DNA of 64,000 nucleotides, from NCBI RefSeq assembly GCF_006345805.1, contig NC_042999.1, positions 144,522,001 through 144,586,000 of the forward strand, written 5' to 3'. The stretch's first letter is position 1. Each line of letters starts with the position of its first letter. Shown piece after piece: positions 1-12,830 of this stretch. The stretch comes from Octopus sinensis. Its lineage: Eukaryota. A program made the position numbers and the translations under genes. The notes below the pieces were generated by a model. That model searched no databases. It had not been told where the DNA came from and worked only from the letters and a program-made list of their open reading frames with translations.

Positions 1-1021
1 CAAGATAAACATAAACCACATTTGCCTCACCTGTCTAGGAGAGCCCACAATGGTTATAACCAACACTCTTCTTTCTTCAGTTATATAATTAAACCAGTTA
101 TCTAATGAAGCATTCAATCATTAAGCAGGTTTATATGGTCTTAATTGAAATTACCCTTTTCAGTATGTGTGTGTGTGTATGTAGTGCAAAGGTTACAAAA
201 TATACAACAAAGAAGTAAACACTAAAAACAGGATTGGAAATGGGGTGTGGGGAAGAAGGAAATGTCTTTAATGTTTTGAGTATTCACTCTTATTTCCAAA
301 AGATAGAATAGACATAGAGAGGATAGAATGGAGAAATTGAAATGCACATGTAGCCAACTATCACAGCTTTGTGAATGACCAGCAATAGTTGGGAGGTCAC
401 TTTAGGTGTTAATAGCAAGGGGAATGATTTTGGGCTCAATGTGTGTGTGTGTGTGTAAGGAATTACCAGCAAAGCAGAAACTGGGGTGTCATTTTTGAGT
501 CTTATGTCCTATAAGGCTCAGCAAAACAGTCAACAAAGCATCATCCAGTTTGTCCTATGTAAGAAGAGATGTAAAACGAACAGAGAATGCAGTAAATGAA
601 ATTGCTGGAGATACATGTGAAGGAGTGAATCATGAATTTTTGAAAATATATATTCATATATGTTTGCAAAAGATCCACTCTCTTTTCTCACAAACTCAAA
701 TTTTCCACTATTTGTGTTCAAGTAACAGTAAGATTTGTAGTAACAGCAAATCATCACTTCAAATGAATAAATTCTACTATATATATTAAGTACACTTTCT
801 ATGGTTTAACATCCAAACATATATATATAAACAATTTAACATTGAAGGATTACTCAGTACTATTTCATAGAGTACATATTTACTAACTTTTACAAGGAAA
901 AGTTGGCAGTGATTTCAAAGTTTTTGGTTTGCTTATTATATTCTAATTCTGTTAGTAAATTAGCACATGTGATGCACTCTGTTGGGCAGTTATCACTAAA
1001 AATTGGTATCATTATTAAGAT

Positions 1022-1250
1022 AGTAAGCTAGCAGAATCATTAGCATGCTGGACCAAATGCTTTGTAGCATTTCTTCCAGTTTTACAGTCTGAGTTCAAAT
1101 TCTACCAAGGTTGATTTTGTTTTTCATCTTTCCAGGGGTCAATAAAATACCAGTTGAGCACTGAGGTTGATGTAATCAACTGGCCATTTCCCTACTAAAT
1201 TTCAGGCCTTGCCCCTCTAATAGAAAGGATTATTATTATTGTTATTATCA
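1022..1250 (+). mobile_element. tRNA-derived SINE, family A (…AATAAAATACCAGTTGAGCACTG…; (TAT)n tail)
   Basis: A-box-like TAGCAGAATCATTAG, B-box GAGTTCAAATTC, core GGGGTCAATAAAATACCAGTTGAGCACTGAGGTTGATGTAATCAAC and a (TAT)n tail. The same sequence recurs inverted at 41150-41345 and 54395-56270. Confidence 0.75.
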
Positions 1251-2389
1251 TTACTACTTGAAGAAATATTGCCCTCTGGGTGGTTTTCTGTTACTATATA
1301 TAATCGTGACTTCATTCTGCAGTCATAGTTAGAAAGAGCATTCAATGAGTACATGGTTTGTAGAGCAATTAATTTGAGTTGGATTATGGTGAGAGAGAGA
1401 GAATAATGCGGAGCTAACAAAATGTTGTGCTTTAGTTGCCTTTATAGCTGTTCTCTCATCTGTCCTCTGTGTGTATGTGAACAATAAGGCTTCGTACACT
1501 GGGATAGGCTAGTTCCTTGTCCACTGAATTTTGGAGACACATCAGCTTTCTTTGTCTGGTTTTGCTTGCCAGTTAAAACCATTTATCAGATTGTGGTGGC
1601 TGCTGCATCTGTTTTTTTACAGATTAATGCTTAGTTGCATCACAAATATTATTTTCTAATTAATTATGGGAGAGGAGTACTGTGAAAATATTGCATATAT
1701 GTTGGTCAAGTCAGTTCCTGAGCAACTAGTCCATAATCATATTTCGGATGATGGTTTATAGTTTTGCAAAATATAAGTTACTTATTCAATCTTAAACATT
1801 TTTGTTTTGCTTTTGTGTTGCTCTCTTCAATTTTAAATATATATTTATGTAAAAACTAAGAAAGTTTATGACCCAGTTTCAATTTCCCAGCTGGGCAATT
1901 ACTCTATTTTAACAAGTAGCCATTCCCTAAGAAGGCTATGAACATCACAATTTGCCATTACTCGTCTATGTTTTAGGATTTATGAATTTATAGTAAAGAA
2001 AACCGTTTAATCACATAACTTAGCAGCAGCAGCAAGTTTAAAATCTATTGCTATGAAGGACTGACTGACTAACTGACATGCTAAATTCCTGAAAAAATCA
2101 CATTAAAAAATAATATCAACAAATGTTACTTCACTCCTATGCAATGCAGCTTGAGTTGACTAAATGAAATTATAGTAAGATTTACTGTTGACTTCTTTTA
2201 TCTCTATGTTTGTGAAAATCTACCACTACTTCAAAACTTACTAAGACCACCACCATTAATATTATTCACATAACTTTTACCATTTCAAAGTGACAGCCAC
2301 TGTTACTATCACCAGTGCAATTACCACTGCAAACACAGCTATAATCATCCCAAGAGATCACTTCTAAGCTATCTTAGACAGAATGCGTT

Positions 2390-2590
2390 TATGTGACTAC
2401 TTGACAATTAGAAATAGCAACCAAATATCCCTCAAATCATACCTTACAATCTTTAAAAAGGAAGGAACATTGCACAATGGTATCCTAAGTTCACTAACTG
2501 TAGAGAAAAAGACACAGTGGTATGGCTGGAATGCCTTTGGTCAGAGTCTGTTCAATCAGGATTGACTTGGATCTAAACAACAACTAATAC
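2390..2590 (+). mobile_element. Abundant ~200-bp interspersed repeat, family E (TAGAAATAGCAxCCAAAT…GGAATGCCTTTGATCATAGG…(AAC)n tail); representative copy
   Basis: The same motif order recurs at about 3020, 4095, 14135, 20715, 21420, 24260, 24455, 26060, 26895, 30605 and 46205 (+) and 19985, 49800, 51780 and 56940 (-). The simple-repeat tail suggests a retroposon. Confidence 0.7.
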
Positions 2591-2722
2591 AATGAAATAA
2601 TCATCATTAACAACAATACTGTTATAGCATTCCTCTATGTCAGTGTTTCCCCACCTTTTTTCTTTATTATTTTTAGTCCAGCATCTCTTCTGATAAGTCT
2701 AATTGGCTGGCACCCATCTTAA

Positions 2723-2919
2723 CGCTTTAGCATTCAGGTTACTCTGTCAAATGTTTATTTATTCTCATTTTTAAAATTAATGATGCAATATCCTGTAGCT
2801 TTACATGTTTGATGATGTGATTTTATATTTTTAGAATGACATTGTAGGGTAGGTGTGAGAAATCAGATCTAGCTGGTTTCAACATAAAACAGGATACGTC
2901 TGATTTGAGTGTTCAGCAT
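2723..2919. mobile_element. piggyBac-type MITE (degenerate copy)
   Basis: Flanked by TTAA at 2719-2722 and 2920-2923. The body matches the copy at 25414-25632 (…TTTTTAGAATGACATTGTAGG…AGGTGTGAGA…). Confidence 0.65.
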
Positions 2920-4841
2920 TTAATAGTAGTATTCAAAAGCAGGTGAAATTTAATTTGAATTTCACTTGCTAAGTAAAGTTTGTGGGTGCTAGAAACCAGT
3001 GTTGGAAAAAATAGCTCTATATGGCTGTTGAACTTGCTAGAAATAGCAACCAAATCACTTTCGAATCAATCTTTGCTATTTTAAATAAAGAAGAATGCAT
3101 TGAGCAATGCAGTTGTTGACATACAAAAAGACAAGATGGTTACAACTAGCATGTTGAACAACAACAGAATTACTACTAATTCCTTCTCCCCAATCACTAA
3201 CACAAGTATTGATACTAACACCCACACAACCACACACAACTACTACCAGATACAATGTTCACCACTACTGCCATAAACATCTCCACCACCACCACCACCA
3301 CTCTGTCACATGTGTTACCACTGCCATTACTATTGTCACATACATGTAAGATCACCACTACTACAACAACTACTACTACCAATAGCACCACCTATAACTA
3401 TCTCCATTTTCACTACCACAAACATTGTGCCTTTGAAAAGTTGATATGTTTATATTTTGAAATCTAAATAGAGAGAAAATTAATCCATAACACATGGAAG
3501 GGGAAAGACTGTGTGTGTTATTGGTGTGTTGGCTATAAATATGCATTTCATGTTTTGTCACCAATTCTGTATCTCTGGCCAAGATACTCTTTTTGTCTTT
3601 CCATTCCATACATTCACCATCAATAATAGCTTCAACAATAATAGCATCACTGGAAATTTCAGCTCAGTGAAATAAAATTAGTAATTACATTATGCTGGAA
3701 TAAATTGAAATATTACAAAACCTCACATTCTTTCTATGCTACTGATGTGTGGAAAAAGAGGGAGTCTCTTGACAGACTGTTTAATGATTTGTTGACTTCT
3801 CAGAGAAAACATTCTTGGCTTCCATCCCTAATCAATGGCATTGGCTGGATGCTATGTAAAGCAATCATAAATTAGACTGGTGCAAAAGTGGATACCCTAA
3901 TTTGCATATAATTAAATGCTGTGTTGTGCATAAAACAGTTATTATGTTGAAACTGTTTTTATGTGTGATATTCATTAATGAGTTCAGTTTTTACAACAGC
4001 CTTTAACTGAAAACTCCAGTAGGTACCTTGGTCTAGTTTTGTTAACCATAGCTCTAAAAGAATAAATGAGAGAAAAAAAGAGAGTACCGCTGTGTAGGTG
4101 TTTGATCTGTTAGAAATAGTTGCCACATCTCTTCAAATTACATTCTATTGTCTTAAAACAGAAAAGTCATCTAATGTACTATCAAGTGCACTAAGGCTGA
4201 AAAAAAAAGACCAAACTTTTGTAGCTGAAATGTCTTTAATTACTGGTCTACTTGGTCATCACTGATCTGGAACAAAACAGTAACAGTATTAGGAGAGATT
4301 ACTTTCTGCTAAGCTTATTCTCAGTATCTTACATGAAAATTAAGCACAACAATCATAAGACTAATTATTATAGAGTGACATGCTGAAAAGAAGGGCTGTG
4401 TTGCTAAACTGAAAGCAAAAATGTATACTGTATATCATAAGGAATGCCGTGATTTAAGGAAGAGTGATGGTGGAGGTGAAGACTAGACATGAGAGTGGTG
4501 GATAAGAGTATCGCATTGTAGAAAAAGTAAAACAATGACTTGCAGATGATGCACATTGAGCCAGTGATGGATGTTTTGAAGAGAAATGGGATGAGATGGC
4601 CGGGTTAGGAAGGAGAAGAGTAACTGGGTGCAAGGAATGATAGAAGTAAATGGGAAAGGAAGAAGAGAAAGAGGAAGACTAAGAGACATGGGTAAAGGTT
4701 AAAGGTTAAGATCTAAGGACTAAAAGAATTAGTGAAAGAAGATTCACAGAATAGGGGGAAATGGAGAAGATTATAATAGTACCTGCCAAACTAACTCACT
4801 TCAGTGCGATAAATGGCCTTAAAACTTGTTTTATTCTGCAT

Positions 4842-4873
<32 letters not shown>

Positions 4874-5156
4874 CGTGCATGTATGTTCGTGTGTGTGTGT
4901 ATGCACATGCACAAGGGAGAGGGAGAGAGAGAAGCAGTATTAAAAATTTAGTTTCATGACTGAATGTCAGAGTATTCAATGACTGTTAATTTACCTTTCC
5001 ACCCCTAGAAGGTTCTTTAATAAGGTTTAGTAACATGAATTGGCTGTTATGAAACTAATTTATAATACATAATACTATATAAATAATACACCCACTCTAT
5101 TACCTAATATTTGTGTGCCTGTTTTTTCTGACTTATGAAAACTTGTTGGACAACTA

Positions 5157-5167
5157 CATATATATAT

Positions 5168-5231
<64 letters not shown>

Positions 5232-5291
5232 GGAAACAAACACAGATACAAAGGCACACATTCATAGATACATATGCATTTATATATATAT

Positions 5292-5338
<47 letters not shown>
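5157..5338. repeat. Compound (TA)n/(TACA)n microsatellite
   Basis: Directly visible; it generates the YIYIYI ORFs. Confidence 0.95.
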
Positions 5339-5342
<4 letters not shown>

Positions 5343-5856
5343 GAGAAGGAGAAAACAAGTGCAATGAATATAGCCAGTTGCTTGACATTTCTCTATGAAG
5401 GATATCTTCCAGTGAATGAGCAACTCTATTAACTTCAAGAGGAGAATGGGAGCTGTTACATTCATGCCTTTCCCTTGACAGTGTAATCAAAAGAAGTGGT
5501 GGGAAAACATTATAGAAGCCTATTCTTTCATTACCACTACAGTTGATGAAGTTTTCATCACCAAATGTATCCATTTGGTTTCAGTGCAGAAAAACATTAG
5601 TAATGTCTAAACTAATGTGCAGATTTTATTCTTTACTCTATAGTGTTTGCCATCATACATACACACATTTGTATGTATGTGTGCTTGTGTGTGTGTGTGT
5701 TATATTGAAATTTTACTAGATTTATGGCTTATTTAAACAATGTAGAGAAGTCGTAGATCCAGTGAAACACTATATTAAATTGTAGGCAATATTAGATTGT
5801 ACGTGTATACTGAGTCAATGTTTGTTGGGTTTGCAGTTGGTTACCTGTACAAATGT

Positions 5857-6400
5857 TTTACTTGTTTAGGTCATTAGACTGTGGTCATTCAGGGGATACC
5901 ACTTGGAGCTTGGGGGGGGGGGATAAAATGAATTGGTGCTGATGTGTTTATGTTCCTGTAACTTAGTGGTTTGGCAAAAGAGCCTGAAAGAATAAGTACC
6001 AAGCTTGTTTACAACTATCAGATGTCAGGATAAGGGTGCATGTGCACAGACACACACACATATTTCGTGACCTCACTACTGCACCGGCACCCAGTACATT
6101 CTGTAAATGTAAAGCGGTTAGTGTTAGGAAATGCAACCAGCCATAAAAACTTTGCCAAAGCAGACAGACAGTAGAGTTCGGCACAGTCTTCTGACTTGCT
6201 AGCTCATGTCAAACCATCCAACCCATGCCAATATAGGAGAAGGACATTCAATGGTGATGATTGTATACACACACACTCACAACAGGCTTCTTTCAGTTTC
6301 ATCAACCTAATCCTTTCACAAGGGTTTGGTCAACAAAGACTCCTTTGCAAGGTGTGCTGTGGGACTGAACCAGAGACCACACACTCATGCCTGCACCTGT
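5857..6400 (-). mobile_element. Composite SINE (family B) with an internal RTE-tail fragment in + orientation (~6085-6262)
   Basis: The ends match the 9742-10150 element (TTTTACTTGTTT…GGGACTGAACC). The interior matches the RTE tail (GTCAAACCATCCAACCCATGCCA…GATGAT). Confidence 0.6.
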
Positions 6401-8594
6401 TATTATGTATAATTTATAAGTACACTCATGTTCAGCAGTTAATCTCTGCTGGTTTCATATAAATGTACTGAGATGTGGTAAATATTTTGTGGGTGATAAT
6501 GTTTTTACGAGTAAAGTTTCTTGACAAACTGGTTTATAAAAGTATGTCTAATTAGCTTCCAGTCTCTTAGGTTCTGTTGTTGCCAGTATTGTTGCAATGA
6601 AGAAGAATTTAGCTGCTGCCATTGAACTGCATCTGCTGCATGTTTTCAATATTTGGTTTTTACTATTTGACTTCTCTGGTGAAAAAAGCATGAATGTCAC
6701 ACCATCATGTTCAGCTATCTTGTATAATTCTGATATCCTTGTTTGTACTTTATCAGAAGTTGATATTGATTTGCATCTTGTATTATTGCAGAAAACAAGG
6801 TCATTTGCATGATATATAGTCGATTGAATTCACTTTACTGTATTACTCAGAGAGGTGGAGTAATAGATTCTGGCCTAGATTGGTTTCTAGACTATTAAAT
6901 GTTGACTGTTTCTTTTCAAAAGCAAATGAATTAATGGTAGTAATAATAATAAAGTGTGTGTGCATGTGTATACACATACTCACACATGCACCACAATACT
7001 AGCTATACCTAAACAATCATTAATTTGGCCACCTTAGTACAGACCTCACAACTCCTCCCAAGAGCTAACAATCCTCTATTACTATTAAGCATTGTTCCCT
7101 GAGTGATTGGAATCCTAAGGTAATTAATTGTGAAGTCAACCTTTTCAAAAATAACTGATATAGGAGCACATATTACTGTGTTACTTATGGAGTGTTGGGT
7201 TCGCCACAAAATAGAGTATTTCTTGAGACACTATATCTAGATGGTTGCCAAGAAATTCTAAATGGCATATCACCTGCCAGTGAAATATTAGTATCCCCAC
7301 CACAACCAACAGATGTCAACCTGATATTTCAGTGGTTTTCACCATAAATCTATAACCCTGGACCAGATCACTTTTACCTTTCAGATTTTGATAGCTAATA
7401 GTGAGAATTTTCTAACTATATTTTTATGTTCTATTATAAGAATATTGAGATCAACTAAAAGTTTAGAATGTTATTTCTACTCTTTTTTTATTGAATTTTT
7501 GTTTTACTTAAAACCTTAAAACTAAATTAGATTTTATGGATGCAAATAACTGAGAATTTAGACTTAGTTTAATTTATAAGTTACTTTAAAAAGACCAAAT
7601 TAAATCACTTCACACTAATACATATAGATTTTATTGTAGGCTTTGAGACTAATTAGCTGTTTGACTGCAAAAAAAAGTTTTCTGATACAAAAGAATGACA
7701 ATATTTATTATTTTCCCATGTTATTAACATGATTTCTGTTTGTTTTGGCATCTGTCACTTGTACAATTTTGATTTTACTTTTTTTTTATCATCAGTCATT
7801 GTTTTTTTATTTACATGAATCACATTTTGCTTGATATATTGCAAGATATTTGGTTCTAAATTTTACTCTGTTACTTAGAATCTCTAAGAAAATACAGTGA
7901 AATTGGTTTCACATGCATATCTAATGTGGATGAATTTGTACTACTCACCAAAATGGACAGATTTTCTTCCTTTTTTTAATCCCCAATTTTTAGACAGCAG
8001 CCATACTGAGATACAGACTGTAACAATTGAGTCAGTCATTTTGACCTCAGAACTTATTTTAATCTCATACTTATTTATTTGTCAAAAAGCTAGGTTACTA
8101 GACATAAAAGGACACAACATACACAACACTTGTTTTTTGGATTTTTTTCTTTTCTTCTTTTAGACCAGTGTAAATATAAACACACACACACACACCGGTA
8201 TATGATTATGTAAGCCAAAATTGCTTACAACCTCTGTAATGAACTCCTTACTGTGCATTTGAGAATATGCCACCATCAATGTTTTACTGTGATTATGGAG
8301 AAATAGGTGTCATGCTCAAAAGGCTCATCAAACTGCCTACAGGAGACATAATTTCATGATATTTGAACCAAGAGCCCATTGCTCCCTTGCCATCTTCTTC
8401 CCCTGACAAATACATATACAGGCACTGATTTTAATATGTATAAGCTTTGTGCCAATAATGCAAGTTTATTTTCTCATTGTGAAGGCCTTCAACTTACTGC
8501 CATTCTTTGATCATTGATCTCAAAATAAACATTGCACTTTCTTGTTTCTGTAGAGAAATTACATCAGAGTAAATGATTCCAGTTTTTAGTACCA

Positions 8595-9690
8595 GTTTCT
8601 GTCACATGCCAGCGGGGAAAACTAGAAGTAGTTGATGGCTTCCATTACCTAGGTGACCAAGTCAGTAGTGAGGGTGGCTACTCTGAGAGCGTAGCTGCTA
8701 GAATAAGAATAGCCTGGGCAAAGTTCAGAGAGCTCCTACCTCTGCTGGTAGCAAAGGGCCTCTCACACAGAGTGAAAGGTAGACTGTAGGACGCATGTGT
8801 GTGAACAGCCATGCTACACGGCGGTGAAACATGAACTGTGACTGCTGAGGATATACATAAGCTTGCAATGCTCCGCTAGATGTGAAATGTCAGTGTGCAT
8901 ACACAACAGAGTGTAAGCGCCTTGAGAGAAAAGTTGGACATAAGAAGCACCAGATGTGGTGTGCAAGACTGTGCTGATATTGTCATGTGTTATGATATTG
9001 TCATATGGATGAGGACAACTGTGTGAAAGTGTCACATCCTAACAGTGGAGGGAAGCTGTGGAAAAGTAGTCCCAGGAAGACCTGGGATGAGATGGTGAAG
9101 CACAACCTTTGAACATTGGGCCTCATGGAGGCAATGACAAGCGACCGAGACCTTTGGAGATATGTTGTACTTGAGAAGACCCAGCAAGCCAAGTGATACC
9201 ATAACCATAGCCTATGCCAGTGTCGCATAACCAGCCCATTTAAGAATACCCTTCAATCATTGGGCAATAAACTATGCTTGAGATGATCTGTTGAGTCAGG
9301 TAAAATCTGCCTGGCACGTAAAAAGCACCATTCAAGCGTGGTCAATGTCAGTCCCACCAGACTGGCTCCCGTGCCAGTGGAACATAAAAAGCACCATTCA
9401 AGCGTGATCATTGCCAGTGCCACCTGACTGACTCCCATGCCGGTGGCATGTAAAAAGCACCATTCAAGCATGGTTGTTGCCCTCATGCCAGTGGCACATA
9501 AAAAGCACCCACTACACTCTCAGAGTGGTTGGTGTCAGGAAAGACATCCAGCTGTAGAAACCTTGCCAGATCAGATTGGAACCTGGTGCAGCCTTTTGGC
9601 TTGCCAGTCCTCAATCAAACTGTCCAACTCATGCCAGCATGGAAAGCGGTCATTAAATGATTAAATAATGATGATGATGATGATGATGAT
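8595..9690 (+). mobile_element. RTE-clade LINE, 5'-truncated and decayed (RT C-terminal region, 3' UTR, (ATG)n tail)
   Basis: Translates to KLEVVDGFHYLGDQVSSEGG…RIRIAWAKFRELLPLL…KGRL with in-frame stops. The 3' UTR has repeated TGGCACRTAAAAAGCACC motifs and ends in (ATG)n. Confidence 0.85.
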
Positions 9691-9741
9691 ATATGCGTAC
9701 ACTTACACACAAGTATACTATTATATAAACATTTAATTTAT

Positions 9742-9945
9742 TTACTCTTTTACTTGTTTTAGTCATTTGGCTGCGGCCATGCTGGAGCACTGCTTTTAGT
9801 CGAGCAAATCGACCCCAGGACTCATTCTTTGTAATCCCAATACTTATTCTATCGGTCTCTTTTGCTGAACTGCTAAGTTACGGGGATGTAAACACACCAT
9901 CATCAGTTGTGGAGCGATGTTGGGGGGACAAACACAGACACACAA

Positions 9946-9978
<33 letters not shown>

Positions 9979-10150
9979 CATACATATATATGACAGGCTG
10001 CTTTCAGTTTCTGTCTACCAAATCCACCCACAAGGCTTTGGTCGGCCTGAGGCTGTAGTAGAAAATACTTGACTAAAGTGCCACACAGTGGGACTGAACC
10101 CAGAACCATGTGGTTGGTAAACAAGCTACTTATCACGCAGCCACTCCTGC
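9742..10150 (-). mobile_element. tRNA-derived SINE, family B, near full length
   Basis: The minus-strand head GCAGGAGTGGCTGCGTGATAAG…GGTTCAGTCCCACTG has A- and B-box-like motifs. There is an internal (TA)/(CA) microsatellite and an (AGAGTAA)-like tail. Related heads occur at about 31425, 39170, 45760 and 63430. Confidence 0.8.
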
Positions 10151-10364
10151 ACCCTAGATTTTAGTAATTATTTCGTTTAAATTTTCACATCTTTGTTCTT
10201 TTAAATGGAACTAAAAATAGTCTTCCTGCACCTGAAGGTATATTTGAACAACTTATCTGTTCAAACATTTCATATATGACAATGTGATCCATGACAACAA
10301 CACGCACACACACACATCAAACAGATTTCTCTCTATTCTGTTTATCTGTAAATTCTTTTGTTGA

Positions 10365-11640
10365 ACAGAGAAGTTCCAGGTATTGAAACAAGTTCTAGAA
10401 TCAGTGTGCCTTAGAGTTAACCTAGAAAAACCCAAAGTCTTAATAAGTAGGAAGGCAGACAAATCACAAATTGCTTCAGGTAGATGGCCCTGCTCGATCT
10501 GTAGAAAAAGCATAGGTAGAAACTACATAAGTTTTGAACACACAAGAGGTGCAGCAATATCAGAGGAAGGTTAACAGGGAAAATAGCTTTTGTGTGTGGC
10601 AGATGCACAGGTACAATAAACACCGAGAATGTACAGAAAATAGACTCCATCAACTGCCAAGGGAGTAAGCTAGAAGTGGTAGGTAGCTTCCATTACCTAG
10701 GTGACCTAATTAGTAGTGGAGGTAAATACTCCAAGAGTGTAGCTGTGAGAATAAGAATAGGTTGGGCAAAGTTCAGAGAGCTCCTACCTCTGCTGGCAAC
10801 AAAGGGCCTCGCCCTCAGTGTGAAAGGCAGATTGTATGATGCCTGTGTGTGAACAGCTATACTACACAGCAGTGAAACATGGGCTGTGACAGCCGAGGAC
10901 ATGCATAGGCTTGAGAGAAATGAAGCCAGTATGCTTCGCTGGATGTGCAATGTCTGTGTGCATGTTTGATAGAGTGTAAGCATCTTGCGAGAAAAGTTAG
11001 GCGTCAGAAGCATCAGATATGGTGTGCAAGAGAGACGACTGCACTGGTATGGTCATGTAATGTGTATGGACGTGGGCAGCCGTGTAAAGAAGTGTTGATC
11101 TCTAACTGTAGAGGGAACCTGTGGTAAAGGTAGGCCCAGGAAGACATGGGACGTGGTGGTGAAGCATGGTCTTTGAACTTTGGGCCTCACAGAGGCAATG
11201 ACTAGTGACCAGACCTTTGGTGATATGCTGTGCTTGAGAAGACCCATCAAACCGAATGGTATCATAGTTGTGGCTGGTGCTGGTGATTCATAAAAAGCTC
11301 CCTTTAAGTGTTGGGCCTCACAGAGGCAATTACCAAGACTTTGGGCATTATGTTGTGCTTGAGAAGACCCATCAAGCCAAGTAAAATCACAGTCATGGCA
11401 AATATCAGTGTCATGCAAATTACACCCATGCCAGTGGCACATAAAAGCACTCATTACACTTTCAGAGTGGTTGGTGTTAGGAAGGGCATCCAGCCATAGA
11501 ATGTATACCAAAGTCTGGTGCAGCCTTCTAGCTCACCAGCCCTGGTCAAACTGTCCAACTCATGCCAGAATGGACAATGGATGCTAAATGGTGGTGGTGG
11601 TGATGGTGATGGTGATGATGATGATAATGATTATGATGAA
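10365..11640 (+). mobile_element. RTE-clade LINE, 5'-truncated and decayed
   Basis: ORFs 10383-10574 (LRVNLEKPKVL…WPCSICRK) and 10592-10852 (FHYLGD…RIRIGWAKFRELLPLL). The ORF end is duplicated (11183-11250 and 11313-11375), followed by a (GAT/GGT)n tail. Confidence 0.88.
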
Positions 11641-12830
11641 GAACAGAATGAAATAGTACAGTTTCAAGTGCTATATAATTCCACATAAATTTACTATTGA
11701 CTAATAGAAAGAGAGAGACAGACTGACGAGGAGATATAGATATAGTTGTGTAGATACTCAATACCAGATGTATATATACATGTGCGTGTGTGAGGGGAGG
11801 TGTATAACATTTAAAAAAATGAACAAAATATGGTCTCTGCAAGCTGCATTGCAGACTACCAATCCAGGAGAGTAGAAACTTTGAATAAGAACTAATTCTA
11901 GATAGAGAAGACTTAATCTTCCTCACATGGGACAACCTCTGTAGTGCTGATGACATATATGCCTAGTGCACTCTGTAAAATGGTAAGTGACTGGAAGGGC
12001 ATCTAAGCCTAGGAAACATGATAATGGAACATATGAGCAAGGCATGGCTCTTCGTGTTACATTGCAGGGTACTTATTGAAGAGAGCAGTAACTCAAAATA
12101 AGGTTGACTCTCATCCTTATCTCTGGTGCTTGCATGCCAGATGACAAAGGCCTGTGACTAGGGACAAGACGGTGTGAAACCTGTCCTTGCTTGCATGAAA
12201 AGCTGAGCATAAGAAATGTTGATAGTGGTGGTTGCAGTGCTGGCAACAGCAGTATTATTATTGTTATTGTTATAGTAGTAGTAGTAGTAGTATGTGTATG
12301 TGTGTCATGTGAGTGAGTGTGTGTGTGTGTGAGGGAGAGAGGGAGGGGTGGGGGAGGTGTGCTAATCAGTATAAAAAATGTCATTGTTTATTAGGAATCC
12401 TAGAGCTTCATTTTTAACTCCTAGCAATAAACCTACAATGACGATATAAGTGAGATAAGATCAATTTAACTGAACTAACACAACTACAGTGAAAATAATT
12501 TGCATACTCATTCAGATCATCATAAAATTATTTATTTATAAATGCACTAAACCAAATTATTTGATCATGTGATGAATTTTTATTTTTGTTTCACATCCAG
12601 TTACCCAAGGATTCAAAGTATAGTTATGCTCAATATTGGTTTTAGAATATTTTCACTATTTTACGTGTATTTTTTGATCAAATAAATCATACTAGCTTTG
12701 CATTACAATTGCAAACTTGTTTGCCTTCCTTGTAGCAAGATCCAAATGGGAAGTGAATCACCATAGAAAACCACAGGCTTTTCAAAATAATTAGATAATT
12801 TTCCTAGAAATTTGATGAAACTCTTCCCAA

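Noticed and set aside
30-105. Minus-strand exon-like segment ending CAG|GTGAGG, and the + ORF 550-789
   Set aside because: Weak acceptor and no recognisable product; such sites are expected by chance in 64 kb.
5075-5574. Long [16 protein letters not shown] ORFs (also 14460-14952, 18624-19008, 19378-19918, 20960-21188, 23647-23950 and 57977-58425)
   Set aside because: They are open only because microsatellites and pyrimidine tracts lack stop codons.
6560-6815. Possible exon (+) or YADD-like RT remnant (YHANDLVF on -)
   Set aside because: Neither reading is supported by further motifs or a donor site.
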